From Negaprion brevirostris (Eukaryota), in assembly GCA_030324005.1 (NCBI GenBank), contig JARDVH010000084.1, positions 67,394,630-67,458,629 on the forward strand: a DNA stretch of 64,000 nt, in the 5' to 3' direction. Position numbers and translations under genes: made by a program. Under the pieces are notes generated by a model that saw nothing but the letters and a program-made list of their open reading frames with translations, made no database searches and had not been told where the DNA came from. Shown piece by piece: positions 37,344-48,666 of this stretch; the first letter of the stretch is position 1; each line of letters begins with the position of its first letter.

Positions 37344-38191
37344 TGTAATGGGATCAATTGCAGTTTTCTTGGATAATAAATAATGGCCCATGTGACCTGG
37401 CAATCTTTCACCGAGGAGCAATACCAACTGGAAGAAAGTTATGACCAGAAGCCGTGTGACTCGTATGCAAAGGAGTGCTACAAGCAGAAAGAGCTGGTGG
37501 ATGAAGGCTATCTGTTCACAGATGCAGACACAAAGAGAAAGCTGACAGATAGAAAAGACAATGCACAACTCCTGAGGAGAAGCAACAAATCATTCTTAGG
37601 AAGGGATCAGAAAAGACCGCAGGACATATCGGAGGCACTGTGCGAGCAGGTTAAAATAGCCTAAATCCTGGAAAGCTGTATGAGCATTCAGATGTTAAAG
37701 AGCTGGGTGTTTCCCCAGAAGCGGCTAAACCTCGAACCAGCTTATTATTGATTGATCAATAGAAAATTAACTTTAGAGAGCTGCGCCTACTTGACTGTCA
37801 CAATCAGAAGTAGAGATTGTTTGTAGACATGTATCTTGCTGATGATAATTGGAGTCTTGAAACTAAAAGGTGAAAGCTGTGTCAGATAGGAATTTTCTCC
37901 TGCCCTGCGTGAATAAAGAACAGCCTATTGTGGAACTGTGTAGCTATATAGTGCCACATTTGTGCAAATGAAAGCTTGTGGTCAGACATATCTTTTGTTG
38001 TATCAAGTGCTTAAGTTAAAATTTACCTCGAGGTATCATTTGCCTGTTAATACCGTGAGAAATTTTCATTGGCTTTGGTTTGTGTTGATGTAAAAACTAC
38101 AAAAAGTGAAATCTTGTTGGAGATTTGCTCTTTGAGGTCAATCAGTAAATTTGGTTATTTTGGTTTATGGGTTCCCCATGGGGATTGTAAC
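37344..38191 (+). mobile_element. Possible solo LTR (Gypsy-type)
   Basis: Starts near TGTAA and ends ...gggattgtAACA. Its composition and aaaagtgaaatcttg motif resemble the putative LTR at 7450-8280. No clean TSD seen. Confidence 0.35.
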
Positions 38192-38699
38192 AATCTTTAG
38201 ATCTCTGAAGATCCAATTACTGGTCCATTAAAGTAATCTGAACTTAGCACACACAATAGGAGCACAAACCTCTTATACTCCAAATGTGCCTGCTCACCTA
38301 TGCAGAGGGAAATTGGACACGGGGTATGCATTTATAATGCATGTTTAATTTGTTGGAATCTGAGCCTTTGGATCTTTGCCATTACTAATTCATCAGTACC
38401 TAGTAAAGGTTATATTTTTAATTCTAAGCTTCCTAATGTAAGTACCTTGCATAGTACTATCTGCTTGTTCGTTGCACTGGCCTTTTGTGTTTAAGCCAGT
38501 GTTTCATTTGGGGAGAAGCTCGCTGTGCTTTATTGTTTTTGTGTCGGAGGTCCGACTCTGGTTACGACAAAACAAATTGATTTATGAATATTTCTGCTGT
38601 AAAATCATTATCTTTAACATGGCTTGAACTGTTTATAATGGTTATCAATCCTGATCAGTTATTAGCCTCACTTTTTTGGGGCTGAAAGCTATATAAGTA

Positions 38700-38945
38700 T
38701 CTACTGGGTATTGAGTACTGCTGAATAAGGGTTCAGTCATGTACAACAGCTTGCTCTTTCCCAGAATGCAATGGTGGTAGGGTCACTGAATAGCTTTAAG
38801 GCTGACTGGAAAGATTCTTGATCGACAGGAGAGTCAAAGGGTTTAGAGAGTAAATAGGAAAGTAGAGTTGAGGACTCAATCAGATGAGCTTATCAAATGT
38901 TGGAGGGGCTAAATGGCCTACTCCTGCTGCTTATTTGTACGTTTG
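38700..38945 (+). mobile_element. CR1 3' end
   Basis: tttaaggctga...gaggggctaaatggcctactcctgct tail. Confidence 0.65.
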
Positions 38946-40544
38946 TAATTACGTCCATTCTTCCCAGCCAAGTTTATTTCTGGCTTATTAGACTATATGA
39001 TTTGTGTGCATACTAAATTCATTGGAGGATGCTGTTGTATATATCATGAAGCTTCACACATGTCCTTGCTGCCTGGTCAAGGAGCTGCTGTTGCAAAAAC
39101 ATAACATGAATTTGCAAAAGCGGACCTTTCAGCCCAATAGATCCATAGTGGAGATGCTGCTCCACACTGAGTTCCTTAATCTTTTTATTCACACTTAATC
39201 AACACGTCCTTCCGTTTCTTTCTCCCTTCAGTGCTTCTCTAGCGTTTCCTTAGTAAAGCTATGCTATTTGCCTCAAAGGCATCCAGTGGTTGTGAAAAAT
39301 GTAATAGAAATGCTAGTCTCTACCTCTTAAATACTCATGGTGCAGTGCTCTTCTGGCTCAAAATGACATGAAAATATTGAAACTTTACAAGAGACTTCAG
39401 CATAGTCTGTGTTTCTTGTTTCTCAGCATGGTTTATATCGGGAGGGGGAGTCTAATTGATGCTGGGGGGGTAGGGGGGGGTTACAAAAATATTTTGTTTG
39501 AAATTAGACTAGATTTTGATGTTTGGAATTTCCAGCAGTGTTGGGTGAAGATTAATTGAGTTAACAAAACAAACTGGGAGGCCAGGTTCACCCTTCTGAA
39601 TTCCAGTGAACAAAATACTGTGGTGTTGAGCAAAGGGATCAAACATGAGTAGAGAAACCAAAGGTAATGAAGGTGAACAAAACTAAATAAGCAGCAAATG
39701 GAAATTCCATTGGCGGAAGAAATAGAACTTCAAGATGGATATTCCTGGAAGAGGTGTGACAGTGAATTAAACACCAAAACAGAAACGAAATACTAGTAAA
39801 TCAAATAAATTTTATATGGTGTAAATCCCCTTTGCTCTATTAGAATTAATACCACCCTATTGTGTCTAATAACACAACTGTTTTCCTTCACACCATGCAT
39901 TGAGGATGAATTTTGGTTGTGGTTAGGTACTGACATTCAATGGAAATGCTGCACAGTATATTTATATCACTGAGTGAAGCTGTACTTCTCTAAGGCTCAA
40001 GGGGCTGAATGGCCTACTGCTGTTCCGAATTGTTTATTCATATCTATGTCCATCCATAGTTAATAACTAAAATCCAGAACAAGATTTTTACACAAAATGT
40101 TATGCGATGTGACGTTCTAATCTGTCTTCCCAGCTAGGTAGGGCCCTATTTCCTGTCTCAAAAAGTTTGATTTATGAGAATGCAATTTAATTAATGGCGA
40201 TGGAGATAAAATGACAGCTAATCATAATGCACCTCTGGTTTGATTCATTAGTGCTTTGTGAGGAGCTAATGAGCTGTTTATAATTGATATAAATATAAAC
40301 ATCAAAGTCTGTTAATACAGTGCCAGATTTGGGAGAGCTTAGCTTAAAGACATTTGAGCAAAGGACACTTTACCAGCCATATTATTGAAAATGTGAGGGA
40401 CTCTGCTAAGGAGATGAAGGAACAGATTTCTGGTCAGGGAGCATAGGCCCCAAGTATACATAGGAGGCAACAAATATTAGACGTTTTGCTCTCCTGCCAC
40501 TACCTCTTGGCCTCTGAGGCAATCAACAATCACTAATCTATTTG

Positions 40545-40925
40545 GGAGGTGGTGGCACAGTGGTATTGTCACAGGATTAAGTAATTAATCCTCTGGGGAC
40601 CAGATTCAATTTCCAGCTAAATTTCAATTCAGTGAAAAAAAATGTCTGGTTGGGCAGCATGATGGTTCATGCTGTTGCCTCATAGTGCTTGGGATCTGGG
40701 TTTGATTCCAGCTTTGGGTGACTGTGTGGAGCTAGCACGTTCTCCCATTGTTTGCATGGGTTTCCTCCCACTGTCCGAAAATGTGCAGGTTAGGTGGATA
40801 AGCCATGTCAAATGTGTGGGGTTAGGGGGCTATGGCAGAGGGGAGGGCACGTTGGGATGCTGTTTTGGAGAGTCGGTGTAGTCTTGATGGGTTTGATGGC
40901 CTCTTTTTGCACTGTAGGAATGCTG
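40545..40925 (+). mobile_element. tRNA-SINE head followed by HE1-type V-SINE (40650-40925)
   Basis: ggtggcacagtggtattgtcac head, then the HE1 head, V-domain and tail. Confidence 0.75.
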
Positions 40926-40999
40926 TACTTATATAGTTTTAATCAACTTTTGATATTGCCTTCAAAATGTTCATTCACTTGTGAACAAGGCTCTTGACG

Positions 41000-41200
41000 T
41001 TTTATCTCTGGCTGAAACTTGTGGGCCTCTACATTTTTTTTCTTCCTTTAAGGCCCTCCTTAAAATTCCTTGATCAGGCTTTTGACCAGCTGTTCTAATA
41101 TTTCTTTTTGTGCCTCAGTGTCATAATGTTTGATCATTATCCTGTAAAGGGCCTTGGAAATTTTTACTATATTGAAGGTGATAGATGAACATGAGTTGTT
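41000..41200 (+). mobile_element. L2-type 3' end
   Basis: ctttaaggccctccttaaa...gatcaggcttttgacca...cctgtaaagggccttgg...gagttgtt. Confidence 0.55.
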
Positions 41201-41917
41201 AATGAACCCTCTCCGCCTGCCTACACTTCCATTGCCTGCTCTGCTGAAACCGCCATGATAGTGACGTGGACCGTATTCCCAAGTCGCTTATTGATCTCCT
41301 CCCTCTTACTCGTCAGACATCTCACCATGTTCCAACACTCTCACTTTCTTTAAAATCCTTCTCCAGCCTCCAATTCCTTTGCAAGATTTCCTCCTTCAGC
41401 TTCAGCACTCGTTCCAGACTCTAACTCAGCCTGTTTTGTCTTGCTCTGTATTATTACTATCTTGTAGAGATCAATAATGTTTAAAAAGATATATGAACTT
41501 CCACTTATTAGCTGCAAAATATGACAACAATATTTCACAATTTAAATTTTTTGCTGTAGCAAATGATTAAAAACACTTAACTAAATGCTACTTTTGTTCG
41601 CAATTTGTACTTTAAATCACAAAAAGGAATGTTCTTTTATACTTATCTCCATGTAATTACTATCCTTATGGCAATCAGTCCACAATCACTTTCAGCTTCC
41701 TATGATTCATGTTCCAAAACTCACCACGTACAAACTTTGAGTGACTGGCTCCAGGTGCAACATAGCTTGTACACCATTCTGTTGGAAGACCACACCTAAG
41801 CTTGCCAGCTGTATGCACAGAAAGACTGTGAATGGACACTATCCTAACCTCATTCAGCCCAATCACTTTTTATTTGTGCCCATCTCATTAATATGTAATT
41901 TTGCTGTTGCATTTTTA

Positions 41918-42240
41918 AATGAGGTCTCCTGGTACAGTGGATAGTGTCCCTAGCTCTGAGCCAGAAGTTCTGGTTCCTTGATGGACTTAATGGCCAAGGA
42001 ATATGTGTTCATAACGTGGTCAAACAGGTTGAGTGTTTCAACCTGGAAAAAGCCTTCCAACATGCCAGTGGCTGGTGCTAAGAGCAGGAGAGACTCCTGG
42101 TCAGGTACGCTTAATATGGAGTGGGGCGCCTCAAGCTGTAAGCTCCTGGTAACTGCCTAGCGACCTGCTCCAGGAATTACCATGGACCCAGATGAAAATC
42201 TGCTTTAGTGCACTACCATGTATGGGAAGAGAAATGGAAT
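41918..42240 (+). mobile_element. tRNA-derived SINE, unassigned family
   Basis: tggtacagtggatagtgtccctagctctgagccagaag head and a short ggaat-repeat tail. Confidence 0.5.
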
Positions 42241-43027
42241 GGAATTCTTAAACGAAACATCTCTTTTCCCCTCCAACTTTATATTTGCACTATGCTTTCA
42301 TTCCAGAACGTGTCCAACTCAGTTCTGTCTAAACATGATTTATTTCTACAATATTTTTAAGTCCACAGTAATTTGAAAGCAATCGCTTTTGTCAAACATT
42401 TTCAGTTGGAAGCAGTAAGACATAGTATGCTTTTGTCAAATATTTGAAGCTGGAAGCATAAAGACGTAGTGTAACAGAAGAAGATTCATGTAATATTTCA
42501 CTAAGAGGTTTACGATCAGTCGATAGCCCATTTAACTGCACAGTGAGCATGCCTCTTCAAGCTACTGGTTTTAATTTCAGTCTAAGGTAGCTGCTCCACA
42601 GAATATATCCACAATTGGACATTGTGCTTTGTAGAGCCCAGTGAGGCTTTGCATTCCTTTTAAATGTCCTGTTTCCAGATAGGCCACTGCGTCCTGCATT
42701 CTTAATTGATGTTTAAATCCATTCTTTGATACAGGATCCGATCAGTTCAGGAAGAAATCTTAAAAGCCATTCATTCTTTAACTTTTATGAAGCTTCCCGG
42801 TGAATCACTACTGCGTGAGAGTTTTTTTTCCCCTTTTGAAGTTCCTAAATCATGTGCTGTTTTCTTGCTCTTTATGGTTGTGACCTTTGTTTTTTTTCCC
42901 CCACCCCCTGAGTTTCTTTGTAAAATGTCCTTCCCAATTCCCAGAACTTCCTGACCATCTGGAGACTCAGTCCATTGTATTGCATGCAACAGGCGTCATG
43001 GAACTGAGAACCTCTCTGATTATTCAG

Positions 43028-43337
43028 TCATAGAAATCATAGAAACCCTACAGTACAGAAAGAGGCCATTCGGCCCATCAAGTCTGCACCAACCACAATC
43101 CCACCCAGGCCCTNNNNNNNNNNNNNNNNNNNNNNNNNNNNNNNNNNNNNNNNNNNNNNNNNNNNNNNNNNNNNNNNNNNNNNNNNNNNNNNNNNNNNNN
43201 NNNNNNNNNNNNNACCCACGCAGACACGAGGAGAATGTGCAAACTCCACACAGACAGTGACCCAAGCTGGGAATCGAACCCAGGTCCCTGAAGCTGTGAA
43301 GCAGCAGTGCTAACCACTGTGCTACCGTGCCGCCCCA
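43028..43337 (-). mobile_element. Young HE1-type V-SINE
   Basis: Near-consensus head (gggcggcacggtagcacagtggttagcactgctgc) and (tatgattt) tail; contains an internal gap. Confidence 0.92.
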
Positions 43338-44659
43338 TGTGGCCTCTGATTTTTATTTCACAGGGTCAGGTTTGTTCCGTTCACAGGTTCAAGTTGAAGT
43401 AAATCTCTTTCCACTCCTTTCTTTAAAAAAAAGTATATGCAATATACACTTTTCCCTGAATTAGACCTACATCAGATGGTTTTGATTTTAGACCTCTTTC
43501 TTACTGTTCTGTTAAGTGAGACAGATTCTGCCATGGTAGATCTAAAGATATCTGCCATTAGTTAGATTTGCCCTTGCATGTTAAAGTCTAAGCTTTTAGT
43601 GAGGCGTGTTTCTGAAAGCATAAGCTATGAATGTCATAGTGACAGTACTTGGAACCTGCTTGAAGAGGGAAAGTAACTGTATCATCTTAATGAATCACAT
43701 TGGAGGATTGTGGCAGGAACAGCGCAAGGACTAAAAAGGAAGTGTATTTTAGAGTAGGGGAATTCAATGTCAAATTAGATACAAATAGTGAGGGGGAAAA
43801 CAAGATTGGTTGATGAGAGAAATTTTAAAAAAGTTTGATATTTTCCAAACTTCAATGGCAATTAATGCCTAAAGGAATTTTCTAATAAACACACACCACA
43901 TTTTTAAAGAGGTATTTATATTGAAATGGACAGACCAACTTTTATATTTACCACACAAATACAGCAACTTCATGCCATTCAGTGCATGGCAGTGATAAAC
44001 CAAACAGTGAGATGCCATTTTGTGAAGCTAATGGAGTGGTGCAGCTCAGACTGCAGCTATTGGATATTTTAACCTCCCATCTGCTGCTGCTCCTGCCTCA
44101 AGTTCTGTGCACCATTAACCACAATGTTGCCTTTGATGGGAACATCTGGACCAATAATTCACCTGATGCCCACTGAAGTGCATTAAATTGGCTGGGGAAC
44201 ACAGTAAAAACTTTAAAAGGTTGTGATTTCACTGTCAACTTTTACTGTCATTTTATACAAATGTATTTAAAAATCTGTGCCAGCTAGCTTCAATTTTTTG
44301 AAAATTCAACTCTGAAATTGGAAGGAAAGGCACTCCTTGCACTGGTATTAAATCATTACAGTACTGTCCCTTGTTGATGATATTCCAAGGAAAGAAAAAG
44401 CTTACTCTGGCACCCGACCAGCCGGCTAGCTCCTTTCACTTTGTGCCAATGTTAATATCTAGGCCTTAGCCATAAAGGAGGAAATTATACTATTGAGGCA
44501 ACGGCAGAATTGTATTCCACCTCATCTGTAACCTCATAGTCTGGCAAATCCCTCATTCTATCTTTATGATCAAGAAAGTGGTCCAAACTTTGTTCAATGA
44601 GGAGTGTTCAGAGCAAGCCTTGAGCAATACAAGACATACTTAAAATTTAGATGCCAACC

Positions 44660-45630
44660 TGATGAAATTAGTGGCAGCAGCATGCTTTAGACTGAGCTAA
44701 GCGATACCCTCAACCAGTGGGTCAGATAAAGTTCTGCAGTCCTACCGTATCCAGTCGTGAATGATGATGAACAATTGAACAAGCAATGAAAGGAGGTAGC
44801 TCAGTGATGATGGTTCAGCATGTTAGTGCAAAAGATTAGGTTGAAGCATTTGCAGCCATCCTCAACTAGTAATGTCAAGTGAATGATTCATGCCAGAGGT
44901 AACATTTAAGGCATAATTTAACCAATTGTAGCATCAGTGATGTTGGCAGACTCTGGAAGAGGCCAAAATGAATTGTCAATTAATTGATTGTCCACTACCA
45001 TTTGTGACAGCATGTCGCAGGGTGACAGAGCTTTGATCTAATTTGTTCGTTGTGGGATTGTATTGCTTTGCCTCTTGCGGGTAGCCCTGTGTTGTAGCCT
45101 CATCAGGTTGGCATCTCATGTTTAGGTATGCCTGGTGCTGCTTCTTGCATATGCTCCTGCACTCCTCATTGAACCAGGGATGATCTCATGGCTTGATAGT
45201 AATGGTAGAGTGAGGGATGTGCCGCCACCTTATGAGGTTACAGATTATGGTTGAATACATTTCTGCTGCTGATGTCCATTTCGAGCTGCTGGATCTGTTT
45301 AAGTCTATTCCATTTAGCATGGTGGTAGTGCCCCACAACATGATGGAGGGTATCCTCAATGTGAAGCTTGGACTTTGTCTCCATAAGGGCTGTGTGGTGG
45401 TCACTCCTACCGATACTGTCATGGACAGATACATCTGTGGCAGGCAGATTGGTAAGGGTGATTCAAGTATATTTTTCCCTTTGGTTCCCTCACCACCTGC
45501 TGCAGACCCAGTCTGACAGGTATGTTTTTCAAGGCTTGGTCAATAATCATTCAACTGAGCCGCTTTTGATGGTGAACACTGAAGTCCTCCACCCATAGTA
45601 CATTCTGTTCCCTTACTACTTTCCAACTTG
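44660..45630. mobile_element. Two LINE family B fragments in opposite orientation (+ 44660-44890, - 44970-45630)
   Basis: Both cover the region encoding ...RSKLCSPATSSREW...; the minus piece extends into the endonuclease. Confidence 0.65.
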
Positions 45631-45764
45631 TGTTTCAGGAATGTGTGGAATGGAGAAATGTATGCGATAAATGTTCCAATAAGGTACTCAGAAACATTAG
45701 CTTCAAAATTTGATATTAATCCATGCAACAATATGAGGTGACCAAAAGCTTGATATATTTTAAA

Positions 45765-46530
45765 CATAGAAAATAGGTGCAGGAGTAGGCCATTCGGCCC
45801 TTTGAGCCTGAACTACCATTCAATACGATCGTGGTTGATCGTGCACTTTTAGTATCCCACTTTCTCTCCATGTCCCTTGATCGCTTTAGCCACAAGGGCC
45901 ATGAATATAACTAACGAACTGTCCCAACAGCTTTCCTTGATAGAGGATTCCACAGGTTCAAAACTCTGAGTGAAGAAATTCATCCTCATCTCAGTCTTGA
46001 ATGGCTTACCCCTTATTCATGGACTGTGACCCTTAGTTCCGCACTTCCCCAATATCAGGAACATTCTTCCTGCATCTAGCCTAACCAATCCCATCAAGAT
46101 TTTATGTTTCTATAGGATCCCCCCCCTCATTCTTCTAAATTCTAGTGAGTGCAAGCCCAGTCTCTCTCATGTCAATCCTGCCATTCCAGGATTCAGTCTG
46201 GTACCTTTGCTGGTTTCCCGTAATAGCAAGAATGTCCTTCCTCAGACTAGTAAACCAAAACTGCACACAATACTCAACATATGGCCTCACCAAGACCTTA
46301 TGTAACTGCAGCAAGGCATGCTTACTCCTGTGCTCAAATCCTCTTGCTATGAAGGCCAGCATGCCATTAGCTTTCCTCACTGCTTGGTGTACCTGCATGC
46401 CAATCTTCAGCGACTGTTCTGCCATGAAACCCAGGTCACGTTGCACTTTTTTCCTAAATTGCCACCATTCAGATAATCTATCTTTTTGTTTTTGCCAAGG
46501 ATAACCTTGCATTTATCCACATTATATTGC
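45765..46530 (-). mobile_element. CR1 3' portion
   Basis: Minus-strand QRDLG...VHQAVRKANGMLAFIARGFEHRSK...LVRPYVEYCVQFW, with the tail at 45765. Confidence 0.9.
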
Positions 46531-47260
46531 ATATAAAGTCTCATCTTTCCACTGACTATAAAGCTTAGAAAGGTGGATTTAATTTTATAGTGAATATGGT
46601 TCCAAAACCATCTATAAATGTAGCACCAAACACTTGGAAACATGAAATAAAAGATAAATGCTGGAAATAATCAGGTCAAACGGTATCAACATTTCAGGTT
46701 AATCACCTTCCATTGATGCTGGAAGATGCAAGAGATGAACTTCTGCCAGAGAAAGGGGATAGGAAAGGACAAAAGGCAAAAGGTTTGTATGATAGTGAAT
46801 GTAACAATGTGCCACATTTGGTAGAGAGTTAGAAATTTCACTCAGGCCATGTACGAGTTGTCTTAAATTTGGATGGACACACTATTAGAGGTGACAAAGA
46901 GAAGGCCTTGCTCCAATTTAACCTGGGTTATGTCTGACCTGGGAATACTTGACAAAACAACTATCCATTGTCCAACAATTAAGCCTTCATCTTGGTCATT
47001 GCATATACTATTTTCTTAATATAAATACATATCAATGCCAAAGATTGGAGCCCCATTCTCTTTTTGAAACACCTGGANNNNNNNNNNNNNNNNNNNNNNN
47101 NNNNNNNNNNNNNNNNNNNNNNNNNNNNNNNNNNNNNNNNNNNNNNNNNNNNNNNNNNNNNNNNNNNNNNNNNNNNNNNNNNNNNNNNNNNNNNNNNNNN
47201 NNNNNNNNNNNNNNNNNNNNNNNNNNNNNNNNNNNNNNNNNNNNNNNNNNNNNNNNNNNN

Positions 47261-47462
47261 AGGAGAAACTTACTTACCCAGAGAGTGATTACGATATGGA
47301 ATTCCTATTTGAGGTGAACAGTATTCCTGTGTTTAAGCACATGAAGTAGAAAAATGGAAGGTTATGCTGTTAGAATGAGATAAAATGGGTTAAAAAGGAG
47401 GGTTGTATGGAGCATAAAATCAGCAAGGACCAGTCAGGCTGAATGGCCTGTTTGTGTTGTAA
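47261..47462 (+). mobile_element. CR1 3' end after a gap
   Basis: RRNLLTQRVITIWN and a gctgaatggcctgtt tail. Confidence 0.7.
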
Positions 47463-48666
47463 ACACCAAATAATTGTATAAAATTTCAAAGCTTTGTGCT
47501 AGCCTAGTTTTGGGCCAATGCCAAGCACAGCAGATGGATATTTACATGTCAAAAGAAGTTGATGTTTGATATCAAATTGGATGATACATTTCATAACTGA
47601 GCAGACATCTGGTTCTTGTGAAATGCATATTAATGGCAGGCAATCTGCTCTGTAGTAAACCCAGTGCACTGGGACATGCCCATCACTCTGGTGCTAATCT
47701 TTAATTAAATTCAATACCCAATATCGTGCCTGCAGAGCACTTTTAAAAGTGCTCTGTCAAACCTTTCCATATGGGGGGGGTGCGAGAAACGATCAAAGTT
47801 CAATATTTCTTCTCACTCAAGAGCCTGATGAGCAAATTTCAGGAAGATGAGGTTTGGCATTTCAAACATGAACTTAAAAAAAAGCCAAAGCAATAAATTC
47901 ATTTGGGGAAAAAAAAGTAATTTAATAAAAATGACTATTGGAGTGCTAAGCACCTAAGCTAACTACTAAGCCATTTTTTTGCCTTTTAGCTTAAGAAGAA
48001 GGGCTAAAAAGACAGATTGGGTCCCAAGACCTGATCACCAGGGATGAAGCGAAGAGTTACATTTAACTCACACTGACCTTGGTGGCACACATTCTGAGCT
48101 AGCCTCCGTGGAATTCGTATGAAAGTGGGGATCAGAAGTGGATTGTCTTTCAGTTTGGCCGTTGCTCCTCATGCAGCCTGCTTTGTCGCTATGTTAATAA
48201 AAGGGAGCAGGAGGAGAAGAGGGTTTGTGTGTGTGTGTGTTTCAGGCTCACTCCCAGTTTCTGGGTTCTCACTCTCGCCCACCCACTTACCCATACACAC
48301 ACTCTTGCACAGCCTCACTCACTCCTCACCCGGGTCTGGGAGGTTTGGATGTCTTTCTGCCAAAGATGAATTTGGATACTGAAAGGAGACAAGCTTTCTC
48401 GACCAGAGCATCCACCCTATCTGGGACCCCATTTGCCCCAGACAGGGCTGATGCTCTTTCTACTAGCTTCCCTAGTCCAACCTGCCATCTTTACTGCTGT
48501 GCTCTTTTCTGGAGCTGGTGCTTGTGGAGGAGGATGTGCAGAGAGAAAACATATGTTCTGGAAACATACAAGCCATGTATCCTGTCTCTGCTCCTCAAAT
48601 CAAAACTGTTTTACTCCTGTGTGTTGATCAGCAGTAAAAGTGGGAAAGAACCAGCCTTTGATTGGA

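Noticed and set aside
37383-37664. 93-aa charged ORF
   Set aside because: It lies in purine-rich, LTR-like sequence, with no splice signals or recognisable domain.
43240-43337. tRNA-like sequences with A and B boxes (many copies)
   Set aside because: They are SINE heads continuing into V-domains; no complete cloverleaf, so no tRNA genes were called.
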